Source: Aliivibrio fischeri ES114
GTDB taxonomy: Bacteria; Pseudomonadota; Gammaproteobacteria; Enterobacterales; Vibrionaceae
Assembly: GCF_000011805.1 (NCBI RefSeq)
Contig: NC_006841.2
Strand: one strand, 5' to 3'
Length of the DNA: 32,000 nucleotides
Shown: positions 1-7,275 of the stretch, in pieces
Position numbering within the stretch: the stretch's first letter is position 1
Layout: each line of letters starts with the position of its first letter
Made by a program: the position numbers and the translations under genes
The notes under the pieces: generated by a model
Told to the model about the DNA's origin: nothing
Database searches by the model: none
Seen by the model: the letters and a program-made list of their open reading frames with translations, nothing else

Positions 1-196
1 ACTATGAAAACAATTGTACAGCATAAAAGCAATAATTCAACAAATAGCTGAACATGAATTTAATTATGTGATATTCATTAAAAAAGAAATTTTAAATATC
101 AAAGCTGGCATTTACAGATAAAAAACACTAAAAATAATCAAGATAATTACGAGGAAAGTAACTTAAATTTAAAGTGTTACAGCGTCACTAAAGTTG

Positions 197-211
197 ATTT
201 ACAGTGTAAAT
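197..211. other. parS2-type centromere site ATTTACAGTGTAAAT
   Basis: Exact match to the Vibrio chromosome-2 ParB2 site consensus NTTTACANTGTAAAN as I recall it. It is a perfect 6+1+6 palindrome and lies in the control region upstream of rctB. Confidence 0.8.
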
Positions 212-216
212 TTTTA

Positions 217-257
217 CGGAAGCGTGAAAAATATTGGCTAAATTACGGTAAGTGTAT
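217..257 (+). repeat. 41-nt GATC-free origin-control repeat, copy 1 (candidate 39-mer-class RctB site)
   Basis: cggaagcgtgaaaaatattggctaaattacggtaagtgtat aligns without gaps to 448-488, with 27/41 identical by hand count. The conserved blocks are CGGAAGC.TG, CTAAATTAC.G and TGTAT. Confidence 0.6.
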
Positions 258-350
258 TTTCAATTAATTTTATGAAAAAAAATTCTTAAAAATTTCGATG
301 TAATATAAGAGATATACTTGGGTCTATTTCCATCTTATCTGAGTAAAATA

Positions 351-434
351 GAAGCATGATCAAGGGGTATATTCCACAAATAAACAGGTGTAAATTGATA
401 AAATGTAAGTTCTCAGCTAAGAAGCATGATCAAG
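351..434 (-). repeat. two identical 14-nt iterons GAAGCATGATCAAG (351-364 and 421-434)
   Basis: Exact 14-nt direct repeat 70 bp apart with a central GATC. It is the reverse orientation of the phased array at 746-851. Confidence 0.8.
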
Positions 435-447
435 CAATAAATAGCTT

Positions 448-488
448 CGGAAGCATGTATCTTTCTTTCTAAATTACAGAGGATGTAT
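448..488 (+). repeat. 41-nt GATC-free origin-control repeat, copy 2
   Basis: cggaagcatgtatctttctttctaaattacagaggatgtat. See copy 1. Its left arm GGAAGCATG equals the iteron half-site but has GTATC in place of GATC. Confidence 0.6.
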
Positions 489-550
489 ATCTGATAAGGC
501 TTCAGAGAAGATCAACGAAAAAATCAAATAATTCACTCAGGTTGATCTAA

Positions 551-575
551 GAAGAATGGTACTTGATCATTCTTC
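551..575 (+). repeat. iteron CTTGATCATTCTTC (562-575) inside an 8-bp inverted repeat GAAGAATG/CATTCTTC
   Basis: Read directly from the sequence: gaagaatggtacttgatcattcttc. Confidence 0.7.
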
Positions 576-723
576 TGAAATACGATTAAAACGCATTAGA
601 CTTAAGATCATCTTAATTTTATAGCTATTAATGAATTAAAAACGTATTTTCGGACTAATCTTTGGTCTTAAATGTCATCCATCAATAAAAGACACCTCTC
701 AAAAAGGGATAAAATAGAAATTC

Positions 724-732
724 TGTGGATAA
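724..732 (-). promoter_or_regulatory. DnaA box (TGTGGATAA, complement of TTATCCACA)
   Basis: Perfect 9-mer consensus. It sits one repeat period upstream of the first phased iteron, as expected for an oriCII minimal origin. Confidence 0.8.
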
Positions 733-745
733 CTTGTGTTTAGAC

Positions 746-851
746 CATGATCATTCTTCAATAAAACTCATGATCATCGATTCAAATGGACGATGATCAT
801 GCTTTTGAGATTTAATGATCATTGATCCAGAGTCATAATGATCATGCTTTC
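746..851 (+). repeat. array of five phased RctB-type iterons (12-mer class, GATC core)
   Basis: The sites are CATGATCATTCTTC 746, CATGATCATCGATT 769, GATGATCATGCTTT 792, AATGATCATTGATC 814 and AATGATCATGCTTTC 837. Core-to-core spacing is 23, 23, 22 and 23 bp. Confidence 0.85.
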
Positions 852-854
852 ATG

Positions 855-1000
855 CGTTTATTTTTTTAATTCTTTATTTTCAGTTACTTAAAAGCAAAAA
901 ACCAACCAGATCATAGATCAATATAATCATATAGATCAGAATTAATCATAAAGATCAGTTTAAAAGAATAATAATTTTTTTCTTTCTTTAAAGATCCATT
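855..1000. other. AT-rich GATC-dense putative unwinding element of oriCII
   Basis: Very AT-rich stretch between the iteron array and rctB. It holds five GATC sites and a 16-nt tandem repeat TAATCATA[T/A]AGATCAG at 924-939 and 943-958. Confidence 0.6.
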
Positions 1001-1046
1001 TCCATTAACCTATACGAAAGAATGATTAAAATACAATTAATGTCAG

Positions 1047-3038
1047 TTGAAAATGAATCATATAAAACCTACAGATAAAGAAAAGATCTACATTCCTCTT
1101 CCAAGAGATCACAAAGGTGGACACTTATTTGAAATCCCAACAAACTTAGTTGATTGGATTTCACAGTACCAACACTTTAAAGGTGTCACCAAAAGCATTT
1201 TGGAATTAATGAATCTTATTTCTTTAAAAGGATTTTCATCTCCAGATGGTTTAGTTTCTACAACTGAAATAATTGAAACAACTGATGGTCATTTGACTCG
1301 TGCAGCAATACAGCAACGTCTACGAACGGCTGTAAACATAGGATTATTTGAACAATTTCCAGTTCGTTTTGAACATGGCCTAGCTGGAAAAACCATGCTT
1401 CATAAATTTATTAATCCTTCTCAACTAATTTCTGCACTTGGGATAACCAGTCTTAAATCAGAACAAAGCCACGAACAAGAAAAACAAAAGCGTTCAAAAG
1501 CACTAGCTCAAACACAAGTAAACCGACAATTCCTAACAGAACACGGTTTAAGTGTACCTCCTAGTATGCGTGATGAAGCTGATCAATTTGTAGTATCTCC
1601 AACTAACTGGGCTGGGATCATAGATCAAGCTTTAGCTCCACCACGAACAAGAAAAAATTATCAGAAAGCCATGGTTGCTATTTCAGGAACAAAAGCAATT
1701 ATTGAAACAAGATCTTCTAAAAACATCATGACAGTTGATGATCTTATGACGCTTTTTGCTTTATTTACTTTAACTGTTCAATATCATGATCATCATCAAG
1801 ACGATTATCATATTCAAACAAAAACAATGGGAAATAAAACACCCATTTACATTACTGATATTCTTACACTTCGTGGTAAAAAAGATTCAGGACCTGCACG
1901 GGATTCTATCCGAGAAAGTATTGATCGTATTGAATTTACAGACTTTCAATTACATGAATTAACAGGCCGTTGGTTAAGTGAAAATATGCCAAAAGGCTTT
2001 AAAAGTGATCGTTTCCGTTTCTTAGCTAGAACGATCACGGCATCTGATGAAGCACCGAAAGAAGGCAAAGATGGTGAGATCAAGATCAAACCAAATTTGT
2101 ATATTTTAGTTTGGGAGCCATCGTTTTATGATGAATTATTAACCAAAGATTACTTCTTTTTGTTTCCACCTGAAATTTTAAAGCAACATACACTAGTATT
2201 TCAGCTCTATAGCTTCTTCAGAAGCCGTTTAGCACGTCGAATGACTGATAACCTACTCCTGAGTGAAATTAATCAAAAACTCGCTCGTAACGTTGATTGG
2301 AGACGTTTTTCATTAGATCTTATTCGAGAACTAAAGAAATTAGCGAAGGATAAAGTTACTGAAGAGCTGTTTATTGTTAATTTATGGGGTTATCACTTAA
2401 CGATTTCGATGCTGGATAGTTCAGAAAAGTTGCCTGATTATCAAATTGATATTCGTTGTGATCCTGAAGAGGTAATTCGATACTCTCGTGCAAGAACAAC
2501 GAATGCTGGAAAGCGTAATATGGCACCAACAATGCCAAACCCTTTACGTAACGAGATCATGCCAAAGCAAGACCTTGATCAGCTTTCCACGATCATTGAT
2601 GGTGAATTTGAGCCTATTAAACGCAATGATCCAAGTAAGAGTGGCCGTTTAGGCCGTAGGGTTAAGCTACGTAAACATTCAGCTGAAATTAATGCTGATG
2701 AATTAACTATCACATTAACCAAATACACGTCAGAGCAAGCGTTAGAGCGCAGTATTACGGCTTTATCTGCTATGACAGGACATAGTTCATCCTCTATTTC
2801 TGATGAGTGCAAAGAACTATTAGATAAACTAGATTATTTAAAAGTTGCTGGTGAGATCTTACCTTACGAAACATTAAGTAAGACGATTGAATTTTATAAT
2901 AGTCAAGATCATGGCAAGCATTTATCCATTGAAAACTTGATCTCTGGATTAGCTGTACGCAGAAAGATCTGTAAGTTGGTTTATGCACAGAACTATGATC
3001 AAGATGTACTGCATGCATTAGATGAAATGGCAGGGTAG
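1047..3038 (+). CDS. rctB: chromosome-II replication initiator RctB
   Basis: The 663-aa ORF has an N-terminal region (LPR.HK.GHLFE...QYQHFKGVTKSI.EL.NLISL.G...DGLVSTTE...TDG.LTRAAIQQRLR) that matches V. cholerae RctB from memory. It lies directly after the iteron/DnaA-box origin. The start is TTG at 1047 or ATG at 1053. Confidence 0.93.
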   Translation: MKMNHIKPTDKEKIYIPLPRDHKGGHLFEIPTNLVDWISQYQHFKGVTKSILELMNLISLKGFSSPDGLVSTTEIIETTDGHLTRAAIQQRLRTAVNIGLFEQFPVRFEHGLAGKTMLHKFINPSQLISALGITSLKSEQSHEQEKQKRSKALAQTQVNRQFLTEHGLSVPPSMRDEADQFVVSPTNWAGIIDQALAPPRTRKNYQKAMVAISGTKAIIETRSSKNIMTVDDLMTLFALFTLTVQYHDHHQDDYHIQTKTMGNKTPIYITDILTLRGKKDSGPARDSIRESIDRIEFTDFQLHELTGRWLSENMPKGFKSDRFRFLARTITASDEAPKEGKDGEIKIKPNLYILVWEPSFYDELLTKDYFFLFPPEILKQHTLVFQLYSFFRSRLARRMTDNLLLSEINQKLARNVDWRRFSLDLIRELKKLAKDKVTEELFIVNLWGYHLTISMLDSSEKLPDYQIDIRCDPEEVIRYSRARTTNAGKRNMAPTMPNPLRNEIMPKQDLDQLSTIIDGEFEPIKRNDPSKSGRLGRRVKLRKHSAEINADELTITLTKYTSEQALERSITALSAMTGHSSSSISDECKELLDKLDYLKVAGEILPYETLSKTIEFYNSQDHGKHLSIENLISGLAVRRKICKLVYAQNYDQDVLHALDEMAG

Positions 3039-3202
3039 TCAATATATTGACATGCTTATGGCTGTTTATTGACAATATGATGACATAAAGAAAAGGGGAG
3101 AGGCTATTATTACTAACGAATAGACAACCTTTGTCCTTTACCAATCGAAAGATTGGCTCATATTGTTACACATCTTACTTTTATTGTTTAAATAATTGTA
3201 TT

Positions 3203-3230
3203 GGCGAGCCTCAGAGCTCGCCGTTTTTTT
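3203..3230 (+). terminator. rho-independent terminator after rctB
   Basis: GGCGAGC-ctcaga-GCTCGCC followed by G and T7. Confidence 0.8.
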
Positions 3231-3273
3231 ATCTGCAATAAATCATTTTTACATTCTCCGTATCCTATGACTC

Positions 3274-3287
3274 CATGATCATTCTTC
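3274..3287 (+). repeat. iteron-like site CATGATCATTCTTC downstream of rctB
   Basis: 14/14 identical to the origin iteron at 746-759. It is intergenic. Confidence 0.7.
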
Positions 3288-3387
3288 CATTGAAAAATAA
3301 GGTGTTAGAGCGTTCGATACTCGTAATTATGAACAATTTTTATTACTCTATACGCCTATTTATTTTCTATTATTGAGATGACTTCCT

Positions 3388-3735
3388 ATGATTGAGCGCC
3401 AAGAAACAAAACAACGCATGAGCCGCATTGTAAAACACAATGGAACGATTTATTTGTGTGGTCAAGTATGTGCTGATGCAACAAAAGACATCACTGAACA
3501 GACACAAACTATGCTAGATAAGGTGGATCTTCTGTTAGAGCAAGCTGGAAGTTCTCGTGAGCATATGCTGTCAGCTACGATCTACATTAAAGATATGAAA
3601 GATTTTGCTGAAATGAATGCGGTATGGGATGCATGGGTTCCTGAAGGCCATGCACCAGCACGTGCATGTGTTGAAGCAAGTATGGCTCGTGAGGCTTTAT
3701 TGGTTGAGATCTCAGTTATCGCGGCTGAAAAGTAA
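3388..3735 (+). CDS. RidA/YjgF/L-PSP family protein
   Basis: 115 aa. Size and motifs ([10 protein letters not shown]..., ...PARACVEA...LVEI) are typical of the Rid family. Confidence 0.8.
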   Translation: MIERQETKQRMSRIVKHNGTIYLCGQVCADATKDITEQTQTMLDKVDLLLEQAGSSREHMLSATIYIKDMKDFAEMNAVWDAWVPEGHAPARACVEASMAREALLVEISVIAAEK

Positions 3736-3744
3736 TATAAATTA

Positions 3745-3782
3745 AGTGATTACCAATTTATATTGGTGATCACTGCTTTTTT
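3745..3782 (+). terminator. rho-independent terminator after the ridA-family gene
   Basis: AGTGATTACCAAT / ATTGGTGATCACT stem with one G-U pair, followed by GC and T6. Confidence 0.75.
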
Positions 3783-3793
3783 AATCAAACATA

Positions 3794-3906
3794 CTTGATC
3801 ATCTTTCCGTAATTCTTCTGTTTTATTTGATCTCTGTCTTCTTACACCTTGATCATGTTTCTGTGAACAGTATAAGATCTATATTGTTTTGTCATGATCA
3901 TGCTTC
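3794..3906 (+). repeat. three iteron-like sites (3794-3807, 3848-3861, 3893-3906)
   Basis: CTTGATCATCTTTC, CTTGATCATGTTTC and CATGATCATGCTTC. They have 2, 1 and 1 mismatches to the reverse complement of the 351/421 iteron. All share the orientation of the phased array and all are intergenic. Confidence 0.65.
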
Positions 3907-4044
3907 TGTTCTTATTCACTATCTTGTTATTTTTTATCACTATCTATTTCATATATAAGAAATTTAATGCCTCTGACATTTCTCTAACATAACGCCTTAT
4001 TTATTCCGTACACTGCCCGCTTCTTAAGTTAGTTTGGTTTTTTC

Positions 4045-5586
4045 ATGTCTGTTTTCAAATATTCACCGCTCTTTTTCTCTTTATTTTTAACTGCTTGTGG
4101 CTCTGATTCTGAAGATTCATCAGATACTTCAAGTTATTGTGATACGAGTATGGGGAGTAGGGTGAGTGAAAATGGAAGCATGAAAACAACATTTCCTAAA
4201 ATCAGCTGCCAAGTTTTAGTGAATCCGGATATGGGTTTTACTGATTTTCATTCTATTTCAATTAAAGATAACGAATGGAAGCCAGTTCCTTCATACCCTG
4301 AAACCAGTACAGTTTATTATCGCTGGGATTGGTCGGTTTTGCAGCCTACGGATGCTGATTCATTCGATTTCTCTGAAATAGAAGAAGTGGTAACTAAGGC
4401 GAAAAGTGCCAATAAAAAATTAGCTCTACGCATTGTAGCAATGGAAAATACGGGCTACGGAGCAGCAGAAAGCAAATTACCAACATGGTTAATGAACGCT
4501 ATTTCAGGAACAGATGCTCCTAATGGTGTGTTTATTCCTGATTATACGAGCTCTGAGTTTTTAACTGCGGCCAATAAGCTGATAGCTAAATTAGGAGAGG
4601 TATTTGATGATCCTGATTTAATTACAAGCATAGATATCGGTATGGTTGGTTCTTGGGGTGAGTGGAATTTAGAAGACGCTTATCCTGGTGACGGCACGTT
4701 AGGGTTATACGCTAATGGTGAGAAAGGACTATTTTCTAATTTTTCTCGTTTTTCTGAATACGCTGATATGTTCGAATTGGCGTTTACTCAAGTACCTAGA
4801 GTAATGTTAATTGGTTCAGCTAATGAAAATGAAACCTTTTTAGCTCAAGCAACAAGTAGTACAAAACCAGCAGGGTGGCGAGCCGATTGTTTAGGTGATA
4901 AGTACGGTTATTTTTCTAATAGCTGGAGCCATATGGATGAAGGCTACCCTGAGGCATTAGCAAATGCTGAACAAAATGGTTCGTCGGATATTAAAAGCAT
5001 CTGGAAACAAGCTCCAGTTCAGTTTGAAACTTGCGATGATATGACGGTATGGAAAACACATCATTCATACACAATTAACGATGTCACTGAAGTGTTTAAC
5101 TATGCGCTTGATCATCACGCATCATTGATTAACGCAAAATCAAAACCAATTCCTGATGAATTTCAACCTGCGGTTCAAGAGGTGCTTAAAAAACTCGGTT
5201 ATCGTTTTGAATTAATTTCTCTAACGCACTCTAAAGAGGTTTTAGCATCAAGTTCGATGTCTATTACTTCTGAATGGAAAAACAGTGGTGTAGCCCCTTC
5301 TTACTACCCATATCGACTTGCTTATCGTTTTGTTGATGCTTCAGGAAATGTTGAGCCAAAACAAGAGACCTCAAGAAATGTTCTTGACTGGTTGCCTGCA
5401 GAAACAAGAACGGGCACGGCTCCTGTGATTAATATTCAAGATAATATTAAGGCTCCTGCGTCAACAGGCATGTATGATTTACAAGTCGCTTTAGTAAATG
5501 ATCTTGGGGATGCACACATTAAGCTTGCGATAGACATGCCCCAAGAAAATAACTGGTACACGATTTCTAAGGTTACGATTAATTAA
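4045..5586 (+). CDS. lipoprotein, putative glycoside-hydrolase-like TIM-barrel protein (DUF4874/DUF4832-like)
   Basis: Lipobox signal peptide (LFLTAC). NPDMGF and MVGSWGEWN motifs recall that family. The family assignment is from memory only. Confidence 0.6.
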   Translation: MSVFKYSPLFFSLFLTACGSDSEDSSDTSSYCDTSMGSRVSENGSMKTTFPKISCQVLVNPDMGFTDFHSISIKDNEWKPVPSYPETSTVYYRWDWSVLQPTDADSFDFSEIEEVVTKAKSANKKLALRIVAMENTGYGAAESKLPTWLMNAISGTDAPNGVFIPDYTSSEFLTAANKLIAKLGEVFDDPDLITSIDIGMVGSWGEWNLEDAYPGDGTLGLYANGEKGLFSNFSRFSEYADMFELAFTQVPRVMLIGSANENETFLAQATSSTKPAGWRADCLGDKYGYFSNSWSHMDEGYPEALANAEQNGSSDIKSIWKQAPVQFETCDDMTVWKTHHSYTINDVTEVFNYALDHHASLINAKSKPIPDEFQPAVQEVLKKLGYRFELISLTHSKEVLASSSMSITSEWKNSGVAPSYYPYRLAYRFVDASGNVEPKQETSRNVLDWLPAETRTGTAPVINIQDNIKAPASTGMYDLQVALVNDLGDAHIKLAIDMPQENNWYTISKVTIN

Positions 5587-5595
5587 TGTCTTTGT

Positions 5596-5766
5596 TTAAG
5601 GCAGTCTAAGCAATAAGAAATCGTAAAGATGTATGGTCTCTGAGCGAGTTGGAGCCTGCTCATTGATTTGGTTTAATTGATGTTTAATCGTATAGATCCG
5701 AAAACCGACAATAGAGATAAGAATAAATGCAATGACGTAGATAATTGTATGATTTGATATGTTCAT
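5596..5766 (-). CDS. small membrane protein (56 aa), hypothetical
   Basis: An internal ATG at 5766 is preceded by a strong SD (TAAGGTGGGGCAGC-ATG). One TM helix (IIYVIAFILISIVGF). The longer track ORF would read through the terminator at 5885-5920. Confidence 0.4.
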   Translation of the reverse strand: MNISNHTIIYVIAFILISIVGFRIYTIKHQLNQINEQAPTRSETIHLYDFLLLRLP

Positions 5767-5884
5767 GCTGCCCCACCTTATTGAAAAATCAATGATAACG
5801 ACTGCTTGAATTAACCATATCTTAATTGTGGTTTTAATTCTGATAACTGGATTAAAAAAACAGCATAAAGTTGAACTTTTATCC

Positions 5885-5920
5885 AAAAAAACAGCCACTA
5901 TCATCGAGTGGCTGTTTTAT
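5885..5920 (-). terminator. terminator of the M20 peptidase gene, possibly bidirectional
   Basis: ACAGCCACT-atcatcg-AGTGGCTGT, flanked by A6 on one side and TTTTATT on the other. Confidence 0.75.
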
Positions 5921-5943
5921 TATATTTATGATAAACGTTAAGA

Positions 5944-7050
5944 TTAACGAGTTAGATACGCTGCAACGAAACGAGTAATATCAACCATATCTGATACTTT
6001 AATGAATTCTTCTGTTGTATGTACTTTTGACATACCAGTAGAAAGGTTAACCGTTGTTAAGCCTTTTTCATTAAATACGTTTGCATCTGAGCCACCACCA
6101 GTTGGTTTAGTAAACGGATCGATGTTAATGCTTTCAAACGCTTCTTTAATACTTACAACATGTGGGTTTTCATCTGCAATTTTATAAGCGTTGTATGCGC
6201 GAGTAGAGATGATTTCAATTTCAGCACCGTGTTTATCAGCTGCTGCTTTAAATGTTGATTCCATATGCTCAACTTGCTTCGCTAATTTTTCATCATCTAG
6301 AGAACGAGCTTCACCTTCAATGTACAGTTCTGGCATTACAATGTTCGTTGCTTGACCACCACGTACGACACCGATGTTAGCCGTTGTTTCTTCATCAATG
6401 CGTGATAATGTCATATTAGTAATCGCATCAGCAGCAACCGTTAGGGCATTGATGCCTTCTTCTGGAGCTAAACCTGCGTGGGCTGGACGACCTGTAATAG
6501 TTACTTTAAGGTTTTGCTGGCCAGGCGCAGATGTAATGATAGTACCAATAGGGCCACCTGAATCTAGCACGATTGCGTGGTTAGATTGAATGTAGCTCAT
6601 ATCGAAATTTTTAGAACCGTGTAAACCGCCTTCTTCATAAACGGTAAAAGCTAGCTCTAGTGTTTTGTGTTCTTGGTTGTTTTCTTTAATAACTCGAACC
6701 GCTTCCATTACCGCAGCGATACCTGATTTGTCATCGCCACCAAGAATAGTGTTACCTTTAGAGCGGATAACCCCATCTTCAATAATTGGTTCAATGCCGT
6801 TACCTGGCGTTACTGTATCCATGTGAGAGCTAAATATAATGCTTCCCTCTAATGAGCCATCCAATCGAGCATAGATGTTGAAACCATTTGATACATGCTC
6901 TGGTACTGGTAATTTTGATACGGTAAAGCCAAGCTCGCCTAATTGCTCTGCTAACGCTTCTGCAATGGCTTTTTCATTTTTTGATTCACTATCAATCTGG
7001 ATAATATCTAGAAAGTGATTTACTAAACGTTCTTGATTCACTTGAGTCAT
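5944..7050 (-). CDS. M20-family metallopeptidase (PepT-like tripeptidase)
   Basis: 368 aa with SSHMDTV, GGDDKSG and EEGG motifs characteristic of M20 peptidases. Confidence 0.8.
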   Translation of the reverse strand: MTQVNQERLVNHFLDIIQIDSESKNEKAIAEALAEQLGELGFTVSKLPVPEHVSNGFNIYARLDGSLEGSIIFSSHMDTVTPGNGIEPIIEDGVIRSKGNTILGGDDKSGIAAVMEAVRVIKENNQEHKTLELAFTVYEEGGLHGSKNFDMSYIQSNHAIVLDSGGPIGTIITSAPGQQNLKVTITGRPAHAGLAPEEGINALTVAADAITNMTLSRIDEETTANIGVVRGGQATNIVMPELYIEGEARSLDDEKLAKQVEHMESTFKAAADKHGAEIEIISTRAYNAYKIADENPHVVSIKEAFESINIDPFTKPTGGGSDANVFNEKGLTTVNLSTGMSKVHTTEEFIKVSDMVDITRFVAAYLTR

Positions 7051-7275
7051 GATTTTTCTTCTTTCTTAAAGGAAACTTAAAATCACTCTAACCAAAGAAA
7101 GCGCCCAGAAAGATGAACTGAATCAATAAAAGCGCCGACAGCTTTACCATATTCATGCGTTATATCTTAATAATTAAAAGGCATAACAAATAATCAATAT
7201 TTTATAACATTTTGCAACTTTATCGATTCATATCACTCTTATCTATATATTAATAAGAAAGGTAACGAGGTTGCT

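Noticed and set aside
1785-1797. Iteron-like matches inside coding sequence (1785-1797 in rctB, 7597-7611 in msrAB, 16056-16070 in ybiT)
   Set aside because: Each is explained by the encoded peptide, for example TMIIISHD in the conserved ABC signature region. They are isolated, and I used them as the background rate for the motif. The one inside rctB could still be real but cannot be supported from sequence alone.
3047-3074. Two TTGACA hexamers just after rctB, as a possible sRNA promoter
   Set aside because: No acceptable -10 hexamer lies 16-18 nt downstream of either one.
2579-3144. Track ORFs 2579-2812(-) and 2794-3144(-), antisense to the rctB 3' end
   Set aside because: They lie antisense to a well-supported conserved gene. 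They have no SD, low-complexity composition and no recognisable family, so they are shadow ORFs.
5596-5904. Full 102-aa version of the minus-strand ORF
   Set aside because: Its 5' part runs through the strong terminator hairpin at 5885-5920 and lacks an SD. Only the 56-aa version starting at 5766 is retained, at low confidence.
6002-6589. Track ORFs 6002-6187(+) and 6374-6589(+)
   Set aside because: Antisense shadows within the M20 peptidase gene.
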